From positions 36,332,001-36,396,000 of the forward strand of contig NC_082727.1 in assembly GCF_030144855.1 (NCBI RefSeq): a DNA stretch of 64,000 nucleotides. The letters are read 5' to 3'. Below are positions 52,289 to 64,000 of this stretch, piece after piece. The position numbers and the translations under genes were made by a program. Origin of the DNA: Hypanus sabinus (taxonomy: Eukaryota). The notes under the pieces were generated by a model. It was not told where the DNA came from, did not search any database, and saw only the letters and a list, made by a program, of their open reading frames with translations. Position 1 is the stretch's first letter; every line of letters starts with the position of its first letter.

Positions 52289-55042
52289 ATGAGGTATAGG
52301 ACGTTTCCTTGCAGTTTATCTTTATGTACAGATTATTATAGAGCAGGTGGTTCACCAAAATTAGTGGATCACAGTGCAATAACTTTGAAAAACCCAGAGT
52401 GGACACACACTGGCTAACACAATAGTTGAATGACAAATCTGTAGGGTGACCCCTAGGTTACTCTGCTGGGGTGTAAACAGTGCAGGGAACTGCAGTGCTT
52501 TACTAGTATTTTTTGTTACTAACGTCTAATAAAATGCTGTAAACACAAGATTTGCATCTGAATCCTGACTTCTGAAGAGCCTACTGTTCTGTCTGATCTC
52601 CAGATCCAACAGCAAGTTCAATGGATCATAAATAGTCCTCACTCACGGCAGGAGAGGCAAGAGGAGTAGGAGAGTAGGAGTCTGATGAAGTCGGCTTATC
52701 AGCACTTGTCTTCCTCAAACATGGGCCTTCATTAAAACACGACTGCAAACAATGAGGGTCAGAGAAAAACTGTGCAGTCAGCGCAATCGCTTCATCATGG
52801 ATTGATTTCCACTGGTATTTGTAAGAAGTGTGCATATTCTCTGTGTATGTGAGGATTTCCTCTGGGTTCACAGGAATCAGCACCAGTTGTGTGGTTACAG
52901 CTATTTTATGAGATGTTCCTCCTACATTCCAAAGATGTATGAGTTATGGTTAGTGAGCATGTCACTGTATGTTTTGATGTACATGTGACAAAGAAAGCGA
53001 ATCTTTAATCTTCAAAATTTTTAGAAGTAGGAGTTGAACCAACTCTGCCATACACTACAGCCATGTAGATCTGAGCACGTTGGAGCCTACGGGCTGCATC
53101 CAGTATTGAGGTAATACACCAGAGGAACATGCTACTCTAAACTGTCATAATTTCCAGCCCCTAGCGGCTTTCAGGACAGAATGGAGGAGCTGCATCCACG
53201 GTGCGGCAAATTCATCTCCTTTAGGAGGAAGCAGGAAGCAGAGTTGATCTCAGAGTAGGGTTAAAGGTCGGCACAACATGTTCTATGTTCGATGCTGGTC
53301 TATATTCTTTCAGAAATGTGCAGCAGGATCAGGGGACGTTGCCCATGCAATTGTTCTTTGAACTGGTCTGGTAACTCGTAAATTGCCAGACTTCAGTGGG
53401 CTTCACAAAACAGCATTATCTCACTAATGTTATTGAAGTTCTCAATCTTCTAGACATTGAGTCTGACTACTGGTGGCTGTCTGGGGAAAAGCACCACTTC
53501 TCTGTACCGAGATCTGGAGCTATGCTCAGTCTTCTGGCAAAAAAACAAAAATCTGCAATAGTGGGAGAGCTCGATGTCCAGAAAAATTATCTTTTTCTCT
53601 CTTGCAGCAACGCTCCGGGTGATTTATTAAAAGAGAAGCTCGATCAGCTGCAGTGTCACTTCACATGGAGGCCACAGAAGGAAACTATTGACTTAGAAGA
53701 TCTGATGTACAGATTGCAAGATTCTATCGACATGAATATGAAATATAAAGATCAGTCCAACAACCATCTTGTTTTTGTAAACTGTCTGCAGGGCGGATGT
53801 CAGGAAGCAATTCAAAATTTAAAGGAAGCTGAAAAGATTCTGAGGCAGAACCACAAAGATGAATTAGAAAGAAGAAGCATCATCACCTATGGAAACTTTG
53901 CCTGGGTGCATTACCACATGGGACAACTGACCGAGGCCCAGTCCTATCTCGACAAGCTGGAGATGATCTGTAAACCGCTCAGTGATGGCCCTCGCTATAC
54001 AGCAATGATACCCGAGGTGTACGGGGAGAAGGGATGGTCATTGTTGGGTTCTGGTGGTGAATACTATGAGGAGGCAAAGGAATGCTTTGCAAAGGCTCTG
54101 GAGCAAGATCCTGACAACACTGAGTGGATAATGGGATATGCAACTGCACTATTTCGACTGGAAATGTTTTCTGGAACCCCAGAGAGTCGTGATCAGAGTC
54201 AGTCAGTGAAGTATTTCCGACGAGTACTGGAGCTTGATCCAGATGATGCTGTGGCCATGGTGCTGTTGGCTATAAAACTGCAGAGGTTAGGGCAAAATGA
54301 GGAAGCAAATGAATTAGTTGAACAAGCATTGCAGAAGACCTCTGATCTTCCATATGTGCTTCGCTATGCTGCAAAATATTATAGACAAAGGGGATCTGTG
54401 GAGAAAGCAATCGAGCTGTTGAAACAAACATTAGAATTAACTCCACACTCTGGTTTCTTACACCACCAACTCGGATTGTGCTACAGAAGTAAGCTGAAAT
54501 ACATTGGTTCTAGATATCCTCGCAATCCTGAATTTCAGCAGAACCCAGTGTTGATCAATCTGTGCAAGTATCATTTTGAAAAGGCTTTTGTTCACCGTCC
54601 AAGATCATTTATTAGAGCACAACTGGACTTTGCAGATATCTGCATAACAAGTGGGGAATATTCCAGAGCAGAGGAGACTTACCGTAGATTGGTTGAGTTA
54701 GTGGACATTCGTCCAGAGAATATGCAGAGCATTTGCCTGGAAGCTGGGTTATTTGAACTGCACCAGAAAAGATCTGAAACAAATGCTGTTCGCCTCTTCC
54801 TGAAAGGAGTGAAAATTGAATATAACTCAAGAGAACGGGGAAAATGTCGCATGAATTTGGAGAAGTGGGCAGATAGGAAACTTAGTGTTAATGCACAAGA
54901 CAGTGAGGCTCTTGGTGTCAGAGCATTTCTGTATCAGCTGGATGGGAAAATGGGTAGAGCAACTGAATACTTTGAGAAGGCCTTGGAGTTTGATCCTGGC
55001 AATGAGGAATATGTGAGTGCTCTTTCTCAATTATGTAACTGA
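52289..55042 (+). CDS. ifit5-like: IFIT-family (IFIT5-like) gene 3, divergent paralog; exons 52289-52293 and 53608-55042; 479 aa (MSNAPGDLLKEK...)
   Basis: ATGAG|gtatag donor and ctttttctctcttgcag|C acceptor in frame. Intact ORF with all IFIT motifs. Confidence 0.92.
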
Positions 55043-55645
55043 GCACCACTGGGATATTTAGGAGATATATTTCCATTTGATCTGATGATAGGTTTGGTGT
55101 GATGTTGCTTTACTAGTTATATCCTCTTAGCACCTTCACTCACTCATTGGTGTTCGATTTGCAAAGATGGTCTTGTATTAACTATACCCAATTATCTTGT
55201 TTCTTCAAAACATATGAATTCCTCTATCACCCTGAGCAAATTAAATTTAGGTTTGCTTCTCTGGACACTGGAAAGATGGGATTTGGGATATTGCAGCAAG
55301 TGGAGTGAAATGAGAAATCAAACATTTTTCAACACTGGCTTGTTTGACATATTAACCATTGAATGTATTTTACATATCACCTGTATTTTGAAGTATGTTT
55401 AACTCTGGAATGATTTTCACCTGTCATTGTATCTTAAAGAACATTGTAAAATATCCTCGAATGTCTGGTAACTAAAGCTTCAAAGCCGAGGTTGGTCTTG
55501 TCTTGACACAATCAAAGGAATGCGAGCAATAAATTGTTAACAGCATGATTCCAATCTTCTGAATGTATTGGAGGAGTGTCCGAGAAGGGAAATGACTAGC
55601 GAGTGGCAGTCGAGGGGTTTTGGGAATAATTCATGGAATTTCAAC

Positions 55646-58600
55646 TGCTACAATCCAGCAACAATGAATATATAATTGAGACAGGTTTCTTATAACAAAT
55701 AAAACATTTATTAAACACTGCTAAAAAAACCCCAATAGTAAACAAACCACAAACTTAACCAGAAGTCAGCTGCGATATGGCAGCTCGAACAGTTCTTAAA
55801 GCGGGAAATGCGAACTCAGTTCTTTAAAGTAGTATTGCAAAAAGAGTCCAAAATAATTTACAGTGAGTTAGGAGAGTCTTTCCTTGAAGTAATAAAAATC
55901 CTCTTTCGCGACATTACTGCTGATCCCAGCCGAAGTATGCTTTGCCGAGGGATTTACGATTGAAGGAAATAAAACAGCTTAAAGGCACTGACCTTTTCCT
56001 TGGCGTAACTCTGCATCCAACTCTCTGCTCTTTTGGCAAAGCAGGAGTTATCATGGACACAAGTTACTAATTCCTCGTACGAAGATTAAATATAAGTCAA
56101 ATCTGTTTCACTGTCAACATTAACTTTCCTTGATTCTTCCAGCTTCCTGAACTTCAATTAATCTTCACTCTCGGACTGAACTGAACTGGCAGTATTGTAG
56201 CAAAACTGCCGGCAAAAACCTTTGAAACTTAAGGCAGAAAGTAAAACTCCACTTTAAAACAAAACTGTGTCATAACATTGAGTACGCAGCAAAACAGAGT
56301 CACTGGCGAATTCAACCACGAACTGCCCCCTGTCACAGGGAAGGGTTCTCCTTTTATGCCCTGTTGAAAAAAACTATCACATGACCTCTCACTGGTGGGA
56401 AAATTACGTCACTCCACCATCACAAGACCATTACATCATTCCCAGTATAGCCTCAATTACATCATGGTCATGTGACAGGGACGAGGTGCCCAAGGAAACG
56501 TAACACCTCCCTCCAAAAAAAATTTGGTCTGTCATGAACAAAATTTTAACAATTAATTATTTACAAGAGAAGAAATACAAGTGTATTAAATTTACAATAT
56601 ACTCAGTATACATAGTATTGTCATACAGCACCTTACAAATTTTTACACAGGAGTGTTACAAATGTTAAAATATCACTCCATAAAAAAAATTACATTGTAT
56701 ATTCAACATCAAGATAGACAATCGGCAATCACATTATCTTTGCCTTTAATATGAGTTATCAAAATATTGCACTCCTGTGACATTAAAACTTTTGTTACTA
56801 AATTGAAGCTTAATGTATTTCTTTAACCAAGCCTGGACTTACAACAGAACTAATGTAAGTCATAGTGGCAATTCCAAATTCACTTTTAGCTAAGTTAATA
56901 GCTAAGTTAGCTTTTGAAAGTCTTTCAAATAATTTCTCCACCGCAGTAATGATACTTCCCAAGTATCATTTCCTGTTACTAAATTGTCAATATAAGCATC
57001 TGTATCCTTTAATCCCTGAATCACAAAGTTAATTATCTGCGGTAAAGTACCTGGGGCATTCTTCATTCCATACGGAAGAATATTATATTCATATAACCCA
57101 GATGGATTTACAAATGCAGAAATCTCTCTGCCTCTGTCTGTTAATGGAACACACCAATACCCTTTCAATAAATCAATCTTTGTAAGGAATTTTGCTTTTC
57201 CAACTTTATCTACACAATCATCTATTCTAGGAATTAGATATACATCTGTTTTTGTCACAGCATTCACCTTCCTGTAGTCCGTACAAAACTGAATACTACC
57301 GTCTAACTTAGGCACCATAACAAAAGGTGAACTCCAATTCGAGTTAGAAGGTTGAATAATATTATTCTCTAGCATATATTTAATTTCTTTCTCAGCAAGT
57401 TCACATTTTTCCATGTTCATTCTATATGGATGCTGTTTAATTGGTTTGGCATCTCCAACATCTACATCATGTGAAGCTACAGTGGTTCTTCTAGGAACTT
57501 CTGGAAACAAATCCTTATATTTAAAAATTAATTGCTTCATCTGCTGCTTCTGCTCTGGCTGTAAATGTGCTAACTTCTCACCAATATTTTCCAGAATGGT
57601 TGAGTTCGGTAAGCTGACAGAAACAACGTTGGGTTTAGAATGAGTTTCAGATGAATCATCTATTATGTTCCTAGTGAGATCAGACTCATTATTATTGACT
57701 ACAGCAGTCAGAGTAGTAGATTGTTTTTCATAATATGGTTTTATCATAATTATATGGCAAAGTTGAGTTGGCTTCCTACGATCTGGAGTTTTTATCACAT
57801 AATCCACATCATTAATTTTAGACACAATTTCATAAGGACCATGAAATTTAGCTTGTAGAGGATTTGTTTGCACTGGGAAAAGAACCAGCACCTTATCTCC
57901 AGGCTTAAACATCCTCATTCTAGCTTCTTTATTGTACAAGGTTTTCATTTTCTCCTGAGCCAATTTTAAAATTCCCTAGCTAAGCTACAAGCTTTATGTA
58001 ATCTGTCCTTAAATTTAAAAAAACAGTCCAACAAATTAGTGTGTACCTCTTTATTAATCCATTATTCTTTTAATAAAGCTAAAGGTCCTCTAACTCTATG
58101 CCCAAATACAAGTTCAAATAGACTGAAATCTAATGATTCCTGGACTGACTCCCTTACTGCAAATAGAAATAAATATATACCCTCATCACAATCATTTTCA
58201 TTTCCACACAATATGTCCTAATCATAGTCTTGAGGGTAGAATGAAACCTCTCCAAGGCACCTTGTGATTCTGGATGGTATGCAGATGAAGTGATTTGTTT
58301 AGCTCGCAATTTATCAACTATCTGTTGAAACAATCCAGACATAAAATTACTGCCTTGATCAGATTGCGTTTCCTTCGGCAACCCAAAATAAGTAAATAAT
58401 TTTATAAGAGCCTTTATTACAGTTTTAGTTGTTATATTCCTAAGTGGTAGGTACGGCCTCTGGAAACCTAGACGCAGTGCAATGATAGTCAGCAAGTGCT
58501 GATAACCAGTTTTTGCTTTCGGTAATGGACCTACACAATCTATAATAATTTTTAAAAACGGTTCACCGAATGCTGAAATAGGTTGTAGTGGGGCCACTGG

Positions 58601-61600
58601 CGTAACTTGATTTGGTTTACCCACAATTTGACAAGTATGACACGTTCTGCAAAACATCGCCACATCTTTTATTAAACCAGGCCAGTAAAAATGTTTTAAA
58701 ATCTTGTCCCCAGTTTTCCTTACCCCTTACCCTTGATGTCCACCCAAGGCCAAACTATGGGCTAAAGTTAAAATCTCATTTCGATAAACTTTAGGAACAA
58801 CTACCTGTTGAACAATATTCCATTCATCACTTGCAGGAATTGTAGGCAGTCTCCACTTCCTCATCAACACTCCTTTCTCAAAATAATATCCTACTGGCAC
58901 CTTATCAATTTCACTATCCAGAAGAGCTTGTTCTTTTAATTTGATAATCTCAGGATCGCTACACTGCTCTGCTATCATCTCCTTCCGAGACAGTGACAAA
59001 TCTTCATGGTCAGACTTACTCCAAGAATCTTGTTCAAAAAATGAAGGTAACAAAGTTTCTGACACATCCTCAAATCTTGAATCCCTGAGTAGAACAATCA
59101 TGGGTAACAACCTCATTCTGCACATCAATCTTTTTAACTATAGCTCGAGTTTCAACACAGGAAGAATCTGTTTTAGAATCCATCCGTGGTTCCTCTGACT
59201 CTATTGTCAAATGCACTTCAGGAAAAACTTGTCCACCTGACAAATCGTTTCCTAACAATAAAGAAATATCATTCACAGGTAAGTTAGGTTGTAGTCCTAC
59301 TTTAACAAGACCTGTAACTAACCCTGCCTTTAAATTTACTTCATGCAAATGTACAGGCATAAGGGCACTCCCAACACCTCATATATAATTTACCTCACCA
59401 GTATCAAACTCATCATTAAACTTTAACACACTGTCTAACATCAGTGATTGAGAAGCTCCAGTATCCCTAAGGATTTTTATTGGCACAGGAGTAGATCCTT
59501 CTTTCAAGGATACAATTCCTTCAGTTATAAAATGATCATATCCCTTTTTAACTTGGTCAGACTCTAACAAAGCTTCATTTGTGTTTATCAAACCCTGTGG
59601 ATTTACAGGTGTTTCAGTATGTTGCACACAGGCATCTGGGACTGCTTCCTTCTCCTTTTTCAAATGGAAACAGTTAGCTATTACGTGACCAAGTTTCTTA
59701 CAATAATTACAAATGGGACCAAACTGTCTTTCCTTCACAGGTTTTCCTTTCTCCTTACCTTTCTCACTAACTTCTGATTTAATTTCTGGTTTACCTTGAT
59801 TCTCTGTGTTATTTTTCCTTTTAAAAATTCTGCACTGAGGAAATTTATTCTTATGGATTAAAGCATACTCATCAGCTAATAGAGCAGAGTCCTGCAATGT
59901 AGCAGTGTCTCTCTCATTTAAGTAGGTCCTTACTTCAACAGGGATGCGCCTTTTAAATTCCTCCATTAAAATCAGCTCTTTCAACTTTTTATACTCCCCC
60001 TTTACATTTTTGGAGGAAACCCATCTCAAAAACACACAGCTTTATTGTAGGCAAATTCCACATAAGCTTTTTTCCACAGATTTCTTCAAATTTCTGAATC
60101 TTTGTCTATATGCCTCTGGGACTAACTCATATGCCTGTATAAACCTGTTGTGCTTTGCCCTTAATTACACTCTGTAACAACACTGACCATTTCTCTTTCG
60201 GCCACTCTGAAATCAGAGCAATAGTTTCAAAATGTTGAAAATACTTCTCTACTTCCATTTCACTAAATGGAGGGACCAATCTAATCTCCTGACTAATAAC
60301 AAACGATTTTCTAGAACCAGAAGACTGACTCTCAGACTTTAATTCCACCATCACAAGTTCAAATTCCCTCAGTTTATTCTCAGCTTCTAACCGACATAAT
60401 TCCAAGTTAGCTTACAATCCCTTCTGTTTTAATTCAGCTTCTATTTTAAGCTTTTCTAACGCTACTTGTTCCAAGTGTAACTGGATCGCTGCTTTACTCA
60501 CAGGGAACTTATCTAATTTCGATACATTGAACACACCCGACTCTATACAGTGTTCCACAATTTTTCTCTGAATTACAGGCTTTGTTGTATATTTTTAAAT
60601 ACCTCAAAGTTCCAACCTGCTTGCAATCTCAAATACATCATTTTTTTCACCTTTGCTGATAATCTCGAATCTGACGAAGCCAGGAAGTCATCAATATTCA
60701 TTGTTGCCAAATACCACTCACAAGCCAACCAAGCAAAAGAATCAGGTATTCCCCTTTTATGAAACACCAATCAAAAATTACACAAGCATTTAAACTCAAA
60801 AATGGTTCATTCCACGAGCCCCCAATTGTTACAATCCAGCAACAATGTATATATAACTGAGACAGGTTTTTTTAAACTAATAAAACATTTATTAATCACT
60901 GCTAAAAAAAAACCCAAAAGTAAACAAAGGACTAACTTAACTGGAAGTCGGCTGCAATACGGCAGCTCAAACAGTTCTTAAAGCGAGAAATGCGAACTCA
61001 GTTCTTTAAAGTAGTATTGCAAAAAGAGTTGAAAATAATTTATAGTCAGTTAGGAGAGTCTTACCTTGAAGTAATAAAAATCCTCTTTTGCGACCTTACT
61101 GCTGATCCCAGCTGAAGTATGCTTTGCCGAGGGATTTATGATTGAAGGAAATAAAAGGGCTTAAAGGCACTGACCTTTTCCTTGGCATAACTCTGCATCC
61201 AACTCTCTGCTCTTTTGACAAAGCAGGAGTTATCATGGACACAAGTTACTGATTCCTCATATGAAGATTAAGTAAAGGTTGATCTGTTTAACTGTCGACA
61301 TTAACTTTCCTCGATTCTTCCAGCTTCCCGAACTTCGATTAATCTTCATTCTCTGACTGAATTGAACTGGCAGTATTGTAGCAAAACTTTCAGCAGTAAT
61401 CCTTGAAACTTAAGGCAGAATGTAAAATTCCACTTTAAAAGAGAACTGCATCATATTATCGAATACTCAGCAAAATGGAGTCACTGGCAAATTCAGCCAC
61501 GAACTGCCCCCCATCACAGTGAATTTTTTTTCACATAACCTCTCACTGGTGGGAAAATTACATCACTCCACCATCACAAGACCATAACATCATTCCTAGC

Positions 61601-61659
61601 ATATCCTCAGTTACATCATGGTCATGTGATAGGCACAAGATACCTATGGGTACGTAACA
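55646..61659 (-). mobile_element. Gmr1-like Ty3/Gypsy LTR retrotransposon, two LTRs, decayed
   Basis: LTRs 55646-56505 and 60827-61659 (TG...CA) with TSD CAAC. PBS TGGGGGCTCGT (tRNA-Pro type) at 60824-60814; PPT GGAGGGAGG next to 56506. gag (IRLVPPF, CNYCKKLGHVIANC), protease (RDTGASQS), integrase (DCVGPL, SDQGSNF, YHPESQG, GPY), RT (DYRKVN, IDLLKGYW, YIDNL) and RNase H tail (HIKGKDNVIADCLS). Confidence 0.92.
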
Positions 61660-62109
61660 CAACAAGATAATATTTTTAAGAAAAAAAAGTTTTAGAGTTT
61701 GGATTCATTATAATTAACAAACAAGTACAATGTATCTGCAAAATTCCAAACAAGATTGTGTGTGCCAATGGACTCATAATGGAACAAGGAGATGGAAGGG
61801 TATAGTGCAAGGAACATGCCTTTGACCTGACTAACAGTGTTGGTATAGTGATAGCCAAAATACATTCCTGTGATATGCATGTGCTTGGCTGCTGATAAGG
61901 TGATAACCCTGTAATTAGTCAACAGAAATCAGATATGGTTATAGCTTAAGTGAGCTATTGTCCTACAAAATTTGCAGGGGTGGGGAAGAATGAGAAGGGA
62001 GATGCAGAAAGGAGAAAAGAGAGCATATGACCACCAATTCAGGATCAATTGTCTTAAATTTCTGAAAGAAGGTGTTGTCGCCAATTAACTGGACACTTGT
62101 TCCTCAGTC

Positions 62110-62405
62110 GCCATGGTAGCATAGTGGTTAGCACAGCTGGGGCATCGGAGTTCAGAGTTTCATTCTGATGCCGTGTATAAGCAGTTTTTCCATTCCTCCT
62201 CGTGAATACGTGAGTTTCCTCCGGATGCTCCGCTTTTCCTCCCTCATTTCAAAGTCAAACCTGTTAGCAGCCTGATTTGCCATTGTAAACTGTCCTGATA
62301 TTACACTAGGGTTATATAGGTGTGTTGTTGGTTGATGAGTCTCATTGGGCCAGTAGCAGCTGTTCCATGCTGTATGTCTAAATAAAATGTAATTATACTT
62401 CATTT
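62110..62405 (+). mobile_element. tRNA-derived V-SINE-like element (similar decayed copies at ~1560-1860, ~5800-6000, ~16490-16720, ~23120-23410 and their duplicates)
   Basis: A-box-like GTAGCATAGTGGTTAGC and core GTTTCCTCCGGATGCTCCGCTTTTCCTCCC. Confidence 0.6.
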
Positions 62406-62529
62406 ACTTGTGCACAAGGAGAAGAGTGTGTCTCCTGTCACCACACTGTTCTGACGTCTGAACAGAGGAATGTCATTTTTAAACATAATTGACTAGCAGG
62501 TACAGATGTTGATTATTCCTGGTGGTGAA

Positions 62530-63040
62530 ATGTTTTAATTCTGATTCCCACTCTCATTCTGACATCTCAGTCCATGTTCTCCTCTTGAGGCCACCCTCAG
62601 GATGGAGGAGCAACACCTTACATTCCGTCTGGGCAGCCTCCAACCTGATGGCATGAATATCAATTTCTCCTTTTGGGAGAAAAATATTCCCAGCAACTTC
62701 CTTCTTCTTCTATTACACAGTCTGGCCTCTTACCTTTTCTCACCTTACTATCACTTCCCCCTGGGTCCCTTCCACCTCCCCTTTCTCCTCGGAACCACTC
62801 TCCTCTCCTGTCCGGTTCCTTCTGCAACAGCCCTTTATCATTCCCACCTTCCTGGATTCACTGATCACCTTTTAACTGTTCCCCCTCCAACTCCACCAAC
62901 ATTTTTTTAAATCTGGTGTCTTCCCCCTTCCATTCCAGTCCTGAAGAATGGTCTCGGCCTGAAACACTGTCTCTTTATTCTTTTCCATGGATGCTGTCTG
63001 ATCTGTTGAGTTCCTCCAGCCTCTTATGTGTGTTGATTTG
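62530..63040 (+). mobile_element. Penelope-like 3' fragment with hammerhead remnant (62936-62970)
   Basis: EEQHLTFRLGSLQPDGMNINFS (GIY-YIG C-terminus) and CAGTC-CTGAAGA-ATGGTCTCGGCCT-GAAAC. Confidence 0.78.
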
Positions 63041-63749
63041 TTGAAGCTGTGTATGTTTGAACTTCTTACTTGCAAAATCAGTAACCACGCACAATACAGG
63101 TGCTTAACGTCAATAGAAAATACCATCTAACAATTGATAATATTTCAAATTTAGTAACATTATATTTCTTCGTTGGTGTGTGCTCATTAAACACTTCTGT
63201 TAAATTCTTACCTTATGTCTGCCAGCCAAAATGGCTCCATTTCTCAACAGCGAAAAAGGAAGCTACATTATCAGTTACCTTTCTTGCCGAAGCTGTCTGC
63301 GCCTATCTACAATCTATCTGTGCCTGGACATGCTGTCCATCCTTGCCTTGCCTCCACTTCCACAAAGGGGCAGGCTGTTGTCGGTTTACAAGCCACACAA
63401 GGACTGATCGGAAAGTGCTGAGAGCTCAGCCGTACTTTGATCATTTTCAATATAATGCACACCGTGCTCTGCCAGTCACCACTTAGAAATGTTATGTTTC
63501 ATATTTCATGTTTCTGTTTAGCTCCTTATGATGAAGAAGGCCATTCACCCCATTGAATTAACACTGACACCAAACTCTCCCATCAGACTTTATTCCCCTC
63601 TGACCCTTCTCTCTAACACGTTCATTCATCTCTCTTTGATTCATTCACCTTCCAAAAGTTATGCTGGAGACAATTTACAACAAACAAATAAATAATCAAT
63701 TGAAGGAAACTGGAGCACACGACCACACTGCTGCAATGCCAGCCCTTAA

Positions 63750-64000
63750 CACTCCTTGCAGGTAGGTAGGAGCTATGGGGATGTGGTAGATTGACACAGA
63801 CCCAAGGGGACCAGGCTCAGTCAATGAGCTGAAGTGGTATACTTGTCTGAAGAGCCACAAACACCATGTCTATAGCACTAAAGTTGACAAGGGTTCTGTA
63901 TTTTGTCCATAAGAGTCTCCGGGGGCAGGGCCTCATATCATTGGACCAAACCAATGTTTTAAAGAGACATGGCCAGCAATTGAAAGCACTCAGTATAACT
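63750..64000 (+). repeat. Third, more divergent copy of the sequence downstream of the IFIT genes
   Basis: Matches 6024-6280 and 31524-31780 (actccttgcaggtagg...acagacccaaggggaccaggct...catatcattggaccaaacc). Confidence 0.85.

Larger units (their letters stand above)
2360..53520 (+). repeat. ~25.5-kb tandem segmental duplication (unit 1 ~2.4-27.85 kb; unit 2 ~27.85-53.5 kb)
   Basis: ORFs and repeats recur at offsets 25478 (3239/28717), 25498 (9960/35458), 25488 (17153/42641), 25635 (24017/49652) and 25662 (26095/51757). Confidence 0.97.

Noticed and set aside
53396-53607. 70-aa N-terminal extension giving a 548-aa IFIT
   Set aside because: It starts at GTG within intronic sequence that is not in frame with exon 2 in genes 1 and 2. 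It is open only because of the deletion, and the nearby AG at 53395-53396 would splice out of frame.
62110-62170. tRNA gene
   Set aside because: It is only a decayed tRNA-like head of a SINE, with no cloverleaf.

Overview
Vertebrate genomic DNA. The repeat landscape (Penelope, CR1, Rex1/Babar, V-SINE-like elements) suggests a cartilaginous fish, probably a ray; this is inference. The window is a tandem IFIT (interferon-induced protein with tetratricopeptide repeats, IFIT5-like) cluster on the + strand. It has three intact two-exon genes: a tiny ATG-AG exon 1 and a large exon 2, 479 aa each, at about 1.1-4.7, 26.6-30.2 and 52.3-55.0 kb. Two kinds of IFIT pseudogene are each present twice. Most of the window is a ~25.5-kb tandem duplication whose junction lies in the intron of the middle gene. 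That gene looks like an unequal-crossover chimera: promoter, exon 1 and 5' intron resemble gene 3 (with an IRF/ISRE core and TATAA), while the 3' intron and coding exon resemble gene 1. The most unexpected signal is a decayed minus-strand relic resembling the capping (PRNTase) region of a Mononegavirales-type L polymerase at about 17.2-18.8 kb, duplicated at 42.6-44.3 kb. It is a candidate endogenous RNA-virus element inside an antiviral locus. A full-length but decayed Gmr1-type Gypsy element (PR-IN-RT-RH order, tRNA-Pro PBS, CAAC TSD) lies behind gene 3. The rest is nested TE debris, including Penelope ends with degenerate hammerhead ribozymes. All alignments and counts were made by eye.
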